From positions 53,754,001 to 53,818,000 of the forward strand of contig OZ076413.1 in assembly GCA_964187785.1 (NCBI GenBank): 64,000 nt of DNA. Reading direction: 5' to 3'. The translations under genes were made by a program, and so were the position numbers. Origin of the DNA: Amphiscolops sp. MND2022 (lineage: Eukaryota). The notes beneath the pieces were generated by a model that saw only the letters and a program-made list of their open reading frames with translations, did not search any database and was not told where the DNA came from. Numbering within the stretch: position 1 is the stretch's first letter; each line of letters opens with the position of its first letter. This document shows positions 34,692-46,425 of this stretch, one piece after another.

Positions 34692-37600
34692 TTAGTTCGG
34701 GATGTAGTACCTTTTCCTTAGTTCAGCTAACATTTTGGAAGCGCCAGGGTGTCCTTGCATGGGGTCGCCATGCATCGTCCTGATTATGGCTTCCGTAGTT
34801 TCTGGAGGAACTACAATTTGTCGGTAAGCTAAGTTTCCTACGTTGTCAAACAACTGCCTGTACAACGCGTTGTTCACTACTTCAAGTCTTTTACGGTTCT
34901 TAAAGAGTTTTTGGAAAAAAGTACTTGTAAAGTTCACTTGGTTCGGAGGAGTTTCTTGGACGGTAAGGATCCTAATTACACGTTGAACGTCACTGTTTTC
35001 GCCTTGAGCCTTAACAATTTCTGAAGTCCCCGAAGGGCATATCTGATTTACCGCGTGAACCTGGTTCCGTTGGCAAAATCGGGTGAAGAACAGTGCTGGG
35101 TCAGAGGGCGTTACAAATGGTTGCACCTGGGTTTTGATGTCATCAATGCGTCTACGGTACTGTTCGTCGTCTTCGTGACACCATTGAGGGAACATCGCCA
35201 AGAGTGACTGCATCGTTGGATTTGGTGGTGTTGTAGCATCAGGCACATTCGTCGCGTCTGGAATGTAATCGTCTTCCTCATCGTCCTGTTTGGGTGTTTT
35301 TGATGCCAAGTCAATTTCGACCTTGAAGACTGGTATCTCGTCGTGTAGCTTGAGGTGGATCCTGTCCTTTGGGTGGATGTCGATTCTGGACAGGTAGTCA
35401 GCTGCTGGGTTCTCGACTCCAGGTACATGGGCCAGGACGAAGTCGAATTGGAGGGCTTGGTCGCAGTAGTTCCACAGTTTGGGAGGTATTCGTTTAGACT
35501 GGAAGAATCTTGTGAGGGCTTTGTTGTCAGTCATGACGATTGTCGGTTTCTTCACTCCCCACAAGATATGGGCGAACTCATCAAATGCGAAGTGCATAGC
35601 CAGGAACTCTTTTGCATACATCGTGAGCGACATCTGGCCCTCAGTAAACCTTTGTGAACCAAAGGCTACTGGTGCGTATGACTTCGTCGGTCCGTCATTC
35701 GTCTCAGTGTAATCCTCGATCAAGAGAACGTATCCAGCTGCATGCTCGCTAGCATCGCACATGATCACTAGTTGTTTGTCCGGAAGTGGTAGTCGCAGGG
35801 ACATCTTGGCTGCGTTTGCTAGGTTCTCATTGATGTCGAACATGGCATCTTTGTGGACTTGCGTTAGTTCGAATTTGGCGTCTTTCTGTAGGAGTTTGTA
35901 GAGTGGAACAAGTTTTTCTGCTAGGCATGGAATGTATTGGCGGTAGAATTGGACGAATCCAATGTATCGTTGTAAAGATTTCACAGACGTCGGTAATTTG
36001 ATGTTTTTCAAAAACTTGTCAATTTTTTCTTCGATGGGGGCAACTCCCTTGGAGGTGATGCTACGTCCCAGGAATTCTATCTCAGGGTGTCCGAAAGCAC
36101 ATTTGGCCATCGACAGTTTCAGGCCAGCTTGTTTGATTTTCATGAACACAGCCTCAATGTTGTCGACTAGCTCTTCGACATTGTTGGCTGCAATGCCGAT
36201 GTCATCGACGTATTGGGCACATTTGTCGGCCTTGACCAAGGGGTCCAAGTACTCTCGAACAGTACTGTTGAAGGCTGATAGTGATCGATTCAATCCTTGG
36301 GCTAGTCTGAGGTAGGCGAACGTCCTACTTCCGAAGTTGAAAGCGAGTAACTGGACTGACTGTTCATCTGCCATTTGCAAACAATGGTATGCTTGTGAAC
36401 AGTCCAGTTTGCAGAAATATCGCTTTCCTGCCATGTGTTGTGCTGCGTCTGCCATCGTCGTCACCGGATGGTTGTGCTGATTGTAGTCATTCTTCAGCAA
36501 GTGATTGATCCGTCTGAGGTCTACGAGGATTCTAAGCTTCCCATTTGGTTTGCGTTGGGCGAAGATGGGTGAAGAGTACTTGCTGTACGGCAATGTTGTG
36601 ATTATGCCGTACTCCTGCATCAACGCCAATTCAACCAGTAAGTCGTCTTTCAGGTTCGTCGGTGTGGGTAAGCTTTGAGCATAGACTGGTTCGTCGTGTT
36701 TGGGAGTCAACTTTATCTTGAATTCGGTGTTGATCCCTATGTCCAGTCTATGTCTGGCGAATATATCATGGTACTTGACCAATAGGGCCTCGATTTTCTG
36801 TTTCTCGTGAAGGCTCAGTATTGATTGTTCCCACTGGAAATTTGCCAGAAATTCATGGCGTTGTTCGTCACTTGCAGTTGGATCTAGTTTCTCCTCGGCC
36901 CTGAGTTTGACGATTTCGTCATAGATTCGTTTTTCAATCTTGTTGAGTTTTGACGGGTCGTCACAAGTCTCAGGGGTAGGGTACCATCTTCTATCTGATT
37001 TGGTAGTCGGATCCTGGAAGATTTGGTTCAAGACAGCTTCGGCATCATCTGGGTACTGGGAAATCAGGTTTAGTTGGTGATTGGTCATCGGTTGGAGGTT
37101 GTTGGCTTGCTTCGGTGTCATTATTTTGAATGATGCCACTGGTGTACCCACATTGATGGTAATTTGATAGTCGAGTGGGTTTGTGATCAGGACATGAGTC
37201 CGCCCCTCCTGGGTCTCGTTGAGAGCCGGAGAAACCAACAGATGTGAGCGTCTTTCAAAGGCTGGTAGTCCTTCGACAGTGCCAGTGATGTCGCCTAGGT
37301 TGCGTTCAATCACCACCGGGACGAACACTTGTTGATTGGGTTGGATCACAGTCTTCTGAGTTGTCCTCAATTCGAGTAGTTTGTTTTTGAATTTCCCGTT
37401 GACTGATCGTAATTGGAGGGTGATGTCCGGGAATTTGACGATGTTGTTGGCTAAATCCAGGGTAACGGAGTATTTTTTGAAGAATGACATTCCAATGAGT
37501 ATATTCCCCATCGTTGGGAGGACCATGAATGTCTCTTCGAAGATTTTTCCCCCGATGAAGAATCGTAGTAGGACTTGTTTCCTCACTGGAACGATGTTTC

Positions 37601-37859
37601 CATTGGCGATTTGGACTTTGAACTCCGGAGCAGGGAGTTCCTGGAGGAGGGCGGCTGGGTGTGCTGTGAGGATGCGGCGGAGTTCCGCTTCTGAGAGAGC
37701 ACTTTGGATTGCTCCCGTGTCAAGTAGTCCGAAGTTTTCATATTCGCGGAATTGAAGTGGTACGTATAACACCTTGTCCTTTTTGTTGAGTTGCAGGGTG
37801 GCACTCAACTGGCGTATTTCGTACTTCGGTTTCTTCTGTTGGTTTCCTGGTTTTGACAT
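34692..37859 (-). CDS. pol: pol (protease, RT, RNase H, integrase HH) of element C
   Basis: LLDTGA; LVDLRRIN; LDCSQAYH; YVDDIGI; CDASEHAAG; HGDPMQGHPG. Ends at an in-frame TAA (34692-34694) that looks like a nonsense mutation. Confidence 0.95.
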   Translation of the reverse strand: MSKPGNQQKKPKYEIRQLSATLQLNKKDKVLYVPLQFREYENFGLLDTGAIQSALSEAELRRILTAHPAALLQELPAPEFKVQIANGNIVPVRKQVLLRFFIGGKIFEETFMVLPTMGNILIGMSFFKKYSVTLDLANNIVKFPDITLQLRSVNGKFKNKLLELRTTQKTVIQPNQQVFVPVVIERNLGDITGTVEGLPAFERRSHLLVSPALNETQEGRTHVLITNPLDYQITINVGTPVASFKIMTPKQANNLQPMTNHQLNLISQYPDDAEAVLNQIFQDPTTKSDRRWYPTPETCDDPSKLNKIEKRIYDEIVKLRAEEKLDPTASDEQRHEFLANFQWEQSILSLHEKQKIEALLVKYHDIFARHRLDIGINTEFKIKLTPKHDEPVYAQSLPTPTNLKDDLLVELALMQEYGIITTLPYSKYSSPIFAQRKPNGKLRILVDLRRINHLLKNDYNQHNHPVTTMADAAQHMAGKRYFCKLDCSQAYHCLQMADEQSVQLLAFNFGSRTFAYLRLAQGLNRSLSAFNSTVREYLDPLVKADKCAQYVDDIGIAANNVEELVDNIEAVFMKIKQAGLKLSMAKCAFGHPEIEFLGRSITSKGVAPIEEKIDKFLKNIKLPTSVKSLQRYIGFVQFYRQYIPCLAEKLVPLYKLLQKDAKFELTQVHKDAMFDINENLANAAKMSLRLPLPDKQLVIMCDASEHAAGYVLLIEDYTETNDGPTKSYAPVAFGSQRFTEGQMSLTMYAKEFLAMHFAFDEFAHILWGVKKPTIVMTDNKALTRFFQSKRIPPKLWNYCDQALQFDFVLAHVPGVENPAADYLSRIDIHPKDRIHLKLHDEIPVFKVEIDLASKTPKQDDEEDDYIPDATNVPDATTPPNPTMQSLLAMFPQWCHEDDEQYRRRIDDIKTQVQPFVTPSDPALFFTRFCQRNQVHAVNQICPSGTSEIVKAQGENSDVQRVIRILTVQETPPNQVNFTSTFFQKLFKNRKRLEVVNNALYRQLFDNVGNLAYRQIVVPPETTEAIIRTMHGDPMQGHPGASKMLAELRKRYYIPN

Positions 37860-38146
37860 AGTGGTTCGTTTCTCATCATTCGGTTGGTCAGGCAGTGTGC
37901 GATCTGAAATCGGGTGTTGGATGTTGTGGGCTTCAGGTCTTCGTTTGGTCTCCTTCGGTTTAATGGTGTAGTTGTCAGTTGAGTGTCTCGTGATGACGAA
38001 GTTAGTAGTTTCCTTAGTGTAAGTAGGAGGACGGGACTGCCACCCCGTGTGGTTAGCAGTATGTAGTCGGGTCAGAGGAGTAGTTTGTTGGTGTTGGTTT
38101 AGTAGCGCACTTTTGTATGTTTGAGGAGGATGACGTGGCTTTAGAA

Positions 38147-38153
38147 GTTTTTT
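38147..38153 (-). promoter_or_regulatory. Putative -1 ribosomal frameshift heptamer A-AAA-AAC (gag to pol)
   Basis: gag frame CCA AAA AAC TTC TAA. The -1 frame (AAA AAA CTT CTA AAG...) is open without stops into the 37859 pol ORF. Confidence 0.75.
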
Positions 38154-39273
38154 GGATCTTCTACGTCATCGTGTCGTTCTGTTTCCTCAGCATCTTCGAT
38201 ATCGTCGTTGGCAGTGTGGGTCATTTCATTGGCGTTGTAGACCCTACTGTTGGTCTGTTTGAAGTCCCTTCTAAATTGTCGGTTTTCCTCGGTCGATTGC
38301 TTAGGGTACGGGACGCTTCGGTAGGCGGACGTCCCCGTGTTCCTGTAGTAGCAATCTCGGGCGGAGTGTCCCACTTTGCCACAAATTTGGCACACAAGTT
38401 TGGGGTTATATCTGGGCTTGATCTCTTGAGTTTGGGCGGGTTGGGTTGGTTGTTGCTGGTTTTGGCCATGGGGTTTGGTTTGTGCTTCCTCCCGGAGGCG
38501 TTTCCTGCACTCAACCCACTTGTGGCCATGTATTCCGCAGTGGCGACATTGGCCATCAAATTTTCGTTTTGCCTCCCTGGGTTGTTGGGTTTGGACGTTT
38601 GATGTCTGAGGTGTGGCTACATTTGGCTGGGGTGCGCTTATCTGATTGAATGGTTGCGCACTGGTTGTATTAGGAATGAGCTGCGCCTATTGACATCTGC
38701 GCTGCACAAATGTCCTGATCTCCTCCATCGATAATATCGCTGGATAATATCCCCTCTGTAATATCGCTGGACTTGTCCCCAAATGCCTGCTTTGCGACTT
38801 TTTTGAACTTGTTGAGGAAGTTATTGAAGGTCTCTGCTGAAGGGTCGTAGCGCATCTGGTCGAATTTGTATTTGGCCACTTCCTTCAAATCTTCTTTTGC
38901 GTATTCCTTCTTGAAGTAATGCAGTACTTGGGCCAGTGTTGTCTGGTTCGTTATTTTCAGCGATTGCCAAAATTCAATGGCATCGTCGCGTAACAGGCTC
39001 TGGAAGTATGTCAGTTTCTGTTCTTCTGACAATTTGTGTTGGTGTGGCCTGAGGTGGTTGAGCAGCAGGTGCTCAAACTCGTTGTACTTTTCTCGGTTTC
39101 CGCGGAATAGTGGGACTTGTGTGTGCAAAATTTTTGGATGTTGCACCGTGTCCGTCATCGTGTCCCTCAGGTGGTGAATTTCAGTGACAATGTCGTCGAA
39201 CTGCTGAGCGGATGATTGAGAGTATTGTGAGGTGGATTGGCGTGGTGGGTTCGGTAGTTGGCTGGTTGTTGGA

Positions 39274-39286
39274 ACTCCTGTCACCA
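39274..39286 (-). promoter_or_regulatory. Primer-binding site of element C (tRNA-Leu-like)
   Basis: TGGTGACAGGAGT lies flush with the LTR end. It differs by one base from TGGTGTCAGGAGT, the complement of a typical metazoan tRNA-Leu(CAG) 3' end (recalled, not searched). Confidence 0.65.
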
Positions 39287-40318
39287 TGTCGGAACGTGTA
39301 TCAGTTTCATTTGATGTGGTGATGTTAGGTACGTTCCCTTCTCTATTGCTAGAGGATGGCTTTTCATTAGACGATATTTTCTCGGTCAGAGCAAGAACTA
39401 AGTTTGTCAGTTCATTTATTTGTCTAGTCATTTCAGTAAATCTCTGACTTACTGCTCGACGTTCTGACTCGCCACTGTAATCCAACAAATTCCCGTTGTC
39501 AAACTCACTCATCTGTTCTCTCGTGAGAACTTCTGGGACACTGCTCTCACTTTCGGTATCGCTATGTCGATCTGTTCGGCACATGAAGGTATGCTGGTTG
39601 TCTGTTACTTGGGATCTCGTATTAACCATTTTGAAGAGATATTGGATTTTTGAGGTTGTATTGATTGATTATGAGAAAGGTTAAGTATTTTGGTAACAGA
39701 TCGTGTTTAACTGAGAGGTACGTACTTAGCAACTGTATCGCAATCTATCGCAAAATCTACTGATGTTACTATTTCACTTGGTAATAATTATGGCGACGTT
39801 GGTCACGTGACCACATCAACCAATCATATTTCTATTTTTCGTTCGCACCTTTGTTAGTAATTGCGCAATATGGTCGCAGCACCAAAATGAATGTAGTTAC
39901 GTTGCTATGGTTACATGACTCAAATTTGGTATAATGATGTGGTTGCACTACTAGCATCATATATGTAAATGGTTAATGTATATAATTGTTTACATGACTA
40001 ACTACACCAGAACGAAATCTGATGATGGTGTATCAGCCACATTACTTTCACTTTTAACTAAAAGTTCACGAGATTGATTTAAATAACATGCATGACAAAT
40101 GTATGAAATATGGGAGATAATAGTAAAGTTATTTGGGGAATGAATAGAAATGATGCTTTTTAGCAGATTCGAGTTCGAGTTTTATGATGTGGTTGACTTC
40201 ACCACATTCTTCCCTTTCATCATCATTCTTTTACTGTTTTGACATTTTGTTTCTAGTTCAGGTATGCAGGATGGTTGACCACATCATTGTTTGATATTTT
40301 CATGCGTCAGGCATGACA
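39287..40318 (-). repeat. 5' LTR of element C (1032 bp)
   Basis: The - strand begins TGTCATGCCTG and ends TCCGACA, followed directly by TGGTGACAGGAG; ATTAC TSD outside. Confidence 0.9.
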
Positions 40319-40355
40319 ATTACTCCAGTTAGTAAATAATAACTTGGATCTTCTA

Positions 40356-40428
40356 GTCACTATGGTCCGGTTGGTAGTGCGTCTGCCTGGTAGACACGAG
40401 GTCGAAAGTTCGAAACCGCGCTGCTGCG
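40356..40428 (+). other. tRNA-like sequence (SINE head or tRNA pseudogene)
   Basis: A-box-like TGGTCCGGTTGG at 40363-40374 and B-box GTTCGAAACC at 40408-40417 with normal spacing; no clean cloverleaf. Confidence 0.45.
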
Positions 40429-41724
40429 TTACATTTTTGGCGAAAACATCCCGATGCTTAGCGGGCGTCTTGCTAGACTTAGAAAGATTTTTTGGATTTT
40501 TTTTCTCAAATTTAGCAATGGTGGATTCGCTAGCTGCACGTATATTGAACCTTTTTTTCATTATGTACTGTCCATATTTTATATGGGAAAGGAAAATGAG
40601 AAACTTAGCCGCGTTTTTGTCTCGAATTGCCAAGTTCCAAACTTTTTCCAAGTTGTTATTATTATTTCATTCATAGAATTTAACTGACATAGACTTAGTT
40701 TTGTGTGATATGTATTCGTAGACATCTTTGGAAATTGTTGACTGACCACACGACGACCAAAAAAAGCAATAACAAAATTTTCAGATTGTAAACGATTCAA
40801 TGCATTTTTTTCAAATTTTCGAAAGAGTTTGAGGACCAGAACGGTAAACACATGCAGCAATGAAAGAACTAGTAGATCTAGTAGATTTTTATAACATTAT
40901 CTAGTGGATTTTTGGAAGAGATCTGCTGCTTCTTGTTCAAAAAAAGTACCTCGAAAACACCTATTTTCTTGTTTTAACGTTCTTAGAGGTTTTTTGTGCA
41001 AAAGTATAAACCTTTGTAAGTTAGAAGAGTCAAAAAGCTCCAAATTAACTTACCAGTAATACACCACGCTTTGCAAAATAGCGGTTTTTGTGGTAGCAAG
41101 AAACCTCCGAATGACACAGTACAGTTAAAAATCGAAGTTTTAAAGTTTTGTGTTTTTATGCACATTTTGTAGAACTATCGAGAGTTTCGGTGGGTTTGAA
41201 TGATGAAAACGTTTAACAACGACTAAACAGTGTATCTAACATGCTTTTTTGAAAGAAATATTTGCAGTTTTTGTGAGAAGTAAGCCTCGGAATGACCAGA
41301 AAAAAATCGAAACTTTTCAATTTTCATTTTTTTAAAGTTTTTTTCGTTGAATAATTGGAAAAGATTGTAGCTTAGAATGTTCAAAATTGTCGACAATTAT
41401 TGAACTAATTTCATAGTTTCGGTTTTTGTTGGGGCATTTAAGGTCTTTGCTTTAAAAAGATCAGAATAATTTGAAAATTGTCGACATAATGTAATTTTTC
41501 CCTCTTCGTCCTGTTTTATAGCTTTTGAGAAAATTTCGAGAGAGTTCGTAGATAAGAACGTTGAGCATGTTGGGCGACGAAAACAACTAGCTTCCCAGTA
41601 CGCTTTTATGAGGGGATGCCTGTAGTTCACGTTTGAAAAGTACTTCAACAAAATCTCAAAACGCCAAAAAGAATTCGGCAAATTAGTCTCAATTTTGTTC
41701 AGTTAACGAAGTTTTTTGTAGATT

Positions 41725-42125
41725 TGTAACGTCCAGCTAACAGCGCACATCATAGAAGTGGGAAAATGGCTAAGGTGCTTAAACAGGAGCCGTGCTTAAA
41801 CAGGCACTCTCAAAATCCGGTCACGCCCCACAAGCCTGTAAAAACGAATCCTAAGGTTCCTAACGTTCCTGCAACTTCCTACATACTCCCGAGGTCTAAA
41901 AACAGGTGTTTAAGTAAAATACATTTTATTGAGAGAATAAGATCTAAAATAGAGACCTACTAAGCGAGTCTGGGACTTGCGAGGTGGCACATGCAAAACA
42001 TGCAAACTTCTGAGTTTCTTCATCTTTTGGGCCATTCTTCGGGTTCTGCTGTTAGCTGGGACGTCTTCCTATGGGGATGGCACCGCATGGCAATTTCGGG
42101 AATACTTCTATGGCGGAGTGTTTTG
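41725..42125 (-). repeat. Dispersed repeat, probable solo-LTR fragment, copy 1
   Basis: Begins TGTAACGTCC on + (ends GTTACA on -); AATAAA on the - strand; homologous to 45861-46425. Confidence 0.6.
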
Positions 42126-45100
42126 TCTTGGGCTGGGTGTGGCGGGTGTTTTGTTGGTTTCTTCTTATTTCCTTTGCAATTTTCTGTAGCTGCCACGTCG
42201 GCCATTTTGAATTGATTTATTTGACATCGCACACTTTTTCTGCTGAAATTTTGTTTCAACTGCCTGACGTTATATTCTCTCCGGGCCGTTGTTTGAAATC
42301 CTCGGCAAACGATAGTGGACGTTCACGTCTTGGTTGCCATCATCGTCCCATGATATTGTTTCATCAACATAGTACTTCCCGAATCTAGATTGAAGTTGCT
42401 GCACAGAAAAAAGTTGCTGCCCAAAAAGTTGAGTTTTTCCCCAGCCTAGCAGGCTTCCTTAGACACCACACCAACAATGGGTTGTAGCATTGGAAAAGCA
42501 TTTGCAGCTTTAGGCAACTAACATCATTTGGACTGTTTTCACAAACTTTTAATTTCGCACCAAAATTCTAGCACTTTTTGTTATCGCACCTGTATAAAAT
42601 GCACTCATCACATCAGGTTTTGCACCAACTTGAGGGCCAACTCAGAAATCAAATTTTAAAGATTGCACGATAGCACGTAATGGCTGTAAAGTAACAACTA
42701 TGCTCTTACAAAAGTGTCGTAGTGTATGGCAAACTGAAACTGCACTATGAATAGCACCAATGGGGAAGCAAACCTCAAGAATCAAAAACGTCACCAAATG
42801 TGAGGACCCATTCACCCTATTGTATTGGCAGTATATCTTCAAAAAAACTATTGTCTAGGTAGTGTAAGCACCACAACAGGTAAGAGATGGTAGTAAACTG
42901 CTTCTCAGGACAATGATTATGTTGATTGCGATGGTAGACTAGGACCAACGGAAGTTAAAAGTCAGACATGGTAGATCGTGAAAACAGTTTGGCATTAATA
43001 ACCAGTTCCAGATCAATCAATGGAGTTTGTAAAGCACGGCCGCTGACCAAGCAGTTTTCAGAGCTTCAAATCTCCGGGTGTTATGTCATGCTAGGTATTG
43101 ATTTCTCTCGAGAGGGTACAGGTACTCCCCGGGCCACTCGCTTGTCCGGTGTTTCCACATTGACATGGTTTTCGCTTTTGCAGTACTGTAAGCCGCAGGT
43201 AGACCCTAGGGGTCATTGTAAAAACGAACACTGATTTTTGAGAAGCCTGCTTGGCGAAGGACGTTAAAATGTCTGAAAAACCTTTTTGTCACTCGTGCGG
43301 CCCTGTTTCTGGAGAGCACAAGCAAAAATGTAAATATGATCAGCGACTGGGGTAGACGTTGGGGTGAGTAGGAAGGGGGATACTATTTCTGGACTAATAT
43401 TTTGATTTACAATCGTAGTACAATCAGAAAAAGTTTTTTTTTCAACAATGGTAATCACTTGTGTGCTTATTGTTCTGTTTTGAGACGCACTGCGTACAAA
43501 GTTTAATTCTCTGAAAGTGCCTTCAAACCCACTCCAGCAGCCGCAAGACCCATAGGGCTCAGAGCAGCTTGCGTGAGTTCAATGCATAGTTTGCATTCAC
43601 GTGAATTTGATAGCGGTTGATAGGAAAAACGCTGTTTTTGTGTTTTTCACAACTACGTCTCGAAGACAGTTTTTCGACAAAACAAGAATGTTAAATGGTC
43701 GGGCCACCTCACAAAGCGCTTCAACGAGCTTCACCACATTTGTCTAGTGTAAAAAATAGGTCATTGCGGTACTTTATTGGTTTGAGGCAGTGTCTATCGA
43801 GCAATTTTCCTGCTAATTTTGCCAGAATCAGCTATTTTTTTGTCAAAACGCACGTCTGAGGAAGGTGAAAATCACTTTAAGTGCTGCTGGCGATCTGAAG
43901 TTTACACACCGTGTACTACATTGGCTGAATTGTGGGAAATCGACTGCCGATTGCGCTAAAATTGCTTGTATGTGACTTGCGGTGTCTCAACAATGTTATA
44001 TGGAAAATCGACAGTGTCGTGAAATTCACACAAGTTCGTCAAACTCGCTTTCCAGGCGTCCTATCTATCCTAAACTTTGTATGGGAGCGTAAATAATGCC
44101 TACCTGACAGAAAAACAAATTAGCAAAATGCATAGGTTGACATTCAGCAATCCGAGTTGACAAAACTATGATGTACCCTTGATATCACTTTTTCGGATCT
44201 AATATCACAAAAACGTCGATTTCTCAAAACTGGAGAGTAGCAAGCTGCTCAAAGTGAACAAATCGTCAGGATTTAGTGCCGTACGTGTGAAAATGTAAAC
44301 TTTTTTTGCTGGTATATCCTGGGGAAATCGCACTATGCTAAACTAAAATTGAGTTTTATCGTCATTTTCACAAAATTTTTGAGCAAAACTGTGAATTTCT
44401 CAATCACTAGTAATGCTAGCGCTACGAATATTACACCAATATTGTCACTTTCTGTGGTCTACTTTATGGTGTAATCCGTGTTGAGCTGCTTCTGGTGAGA
44501 GACATTTCGACATGTGTCGGAGACAATACTGCAATGTCCCGGGAATGTCACAAAAATAACACTTTTTCGGCTATTTCTCGGCATTCACTGGTTGGAATTA
44601 CTTGCAATTTTCTGTGTTAGCATCGTAATCTTCTTTGCTAACAGAAATTGGGCAAGCAAAACCTAACAGGTTCCAAATAACGTCTCTCAAAAAATTTCCT
44701 GATTACACTTTTTACACTCCCGGGACAATACTGAATTTACGTATTTTCACTAAGAAATTTTAGTTTCTTTGTTCTCAGCCGTCTTGGGTTGTTTTACCAG
44801 TAATGAAAGAAGTTGTTACATTTTTGTCAGGGGATTGGGGTTGATTCAAATATTTTTTTGATGTTATATCTCTCAGGTCTTTGGCGTCCTCTACTCAGGT
44901 CTTTGTATACAAAACGAAAAGCAATGATAAAGTTTCACTTTATCTTGGGCAAAACTAGAAGTGTGGGCAGTAGTGTTTTGTACTACCAAGCACAAAAATA
45001 GGGTTTTTGGGTCACTAAGAAGTGTCAGGTGAAAGTGCCTGAGGCTTTGTCCTTGTCAAAATTGGTACAAATGGCCAAATTTGATTATTTTTCAACAAAA

Positions 45101-45860
45101 ATCGCTAAAATTTTTTGGTGTTTTCGCAATATAGCCCAACAACTTTTTCTGTTCCTGATTGGGTAGGTCTCCTGGTACGTTTCTATAGCATTCCCACTGG
45201 CCGTACCCTTTTGTGAGAAGTTTTGGGTTTCAAAAGTAATTGAACTAAAAATCGTGCTCTTTTAGCTAGAAAAGCGTTCCGATCTCGCTATTTTTTCTCA
45301 CAAATCGATCGAAATACCCGCAGGGCTTTTTTCTCTGTTAGCATGGGTAGTAAAGGCAGGCCTGGGAATATTCTTTTAAAACTACAAAATGCGAAAAGAA
45401 TGAAGTAACTGAGCAGCTGTCGTGGGTGTGGCAATCAATGGATGAAGGGAGATAGAGCAGCGAAGGACGTCACCTCTTCGTCACAGCGGGTGGGGACCTT
45501 CTCTCGTGTCCTCACAGTTCCCATACAAAGCCAATAAGTTGAATTGAAGCTGTAAAACCTTTCAAAACCGGATCCGGTTAAACCGGAGGAGCTGTTTCAA
45601 CAGGTATGAAAAGAGCTAAAAGGGTACTTTGCGATAAAGAGCCTCTTTCTCGTTTCAGACCTCGGAAATACGCAGAAAACGCAGAAATTTAGTTAGTAAA
45701 AAACCTAATAGGCTAGAAAAAGGCAACTAAATAAATCTGAGACCCTCCTAGAACAATTTCCTAGATCTCGGCCTAAGAGGACCGGGAAGCAAGAAAAACT
45801 ACTAGTAGGACGCTAAAGTGAAAAATATCTCTCTCTTCTCGCCTTAAATATTATTCTAGA

Positions 45861-46425
45861 TGTAACGTCCAGCTAGCAGCGTACATCATAGAAGTGGGAT
45901 AATGCCTAAGGTGCTTAAACAGGAGACTGTTGTCTTACTACAGCCCTAGACAACAGTTTTTGTCCCAAAATGGTCTCCTAAGGGGACTTTCCATTCGTCA
46001 AAGCAGGCTCCCCAAATTAGAGCTCCGAGGCGACGTGCCTGCACTCTCAAAGTCCGGACACGCCCCACAAGCCTGTAAAAACGAGTCCTAAAGTTCCTAA
46101 CATTCCTGCGACTTCCTACATACTCCCAAGGTCACAAAAGTGGTGTTTAACTAAATTACATTTTATTGAGAGAACAAGATCTAAAGTAGAGGCCTACTAG
46201 GTCAAACATTACCAGAGGTCCTGCAAAAACCACAATTATGGTACAACAGACTAAGGAAACATCATCAGACGTCAGTGTCAGCGAGTCTTGGACTTGTGAG
46301 GTGGCACATGTGAACTTCTGAGTTTCTTCATCTTTTGGGTCATTCTTCGGGTTCTGCTATTCTGGGACGTCTTCCGAGGGGGATGGCACCGCGCGGCGAC
46401 TTCGGGGATACTTCTATGGCGAGGT
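45861..46425 (-). repeat. Dispersed repeat, probable solo-LTR fragment, copy 2
   Basis: Roughly 85% similar by eye to copy 1, with two extra internal blocks. Confidence 0.6.

Larger units (their letters stand above)
38141..39629 (-). pseudogene. gag: gag of element C (starts in the LTR; internal deletion with filler plus a TAG stop)
   Basis: ORF 39629-38670 (MVNTRSQ...LTYFQSLLRDDAIEFWQSL) shifts frame near 38730-38770 and continues via CRHCGIHGHKWVEC and CQICGKVGHSARDC to TAA at 38141. Confidence 0.88.
25190..40318 (-). mobile_element. Giant Gypsy/Ty3 LTR retrotransposon C (15.1 kb) carrying an antisense cargo gene
   Basis: LTRs at 39287-40318 and 25190-26195 share 994 bp with 2 mismatches. 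Termini TGTCA...CGACA. TSD ATTAC at 25185-25189 and 40319-40323. PBS next to the 5' LTR. Domain order gag, PR-RT-RH-IN. Confidence 0.93.

Noticed and set aside
33344-38649. Many short ORFs overlapping element C pol/gag (and likewise within elements A, B and the RTE)
   Set aside because: Antisense or alternate-frame shadows of the retroelement coding sequence
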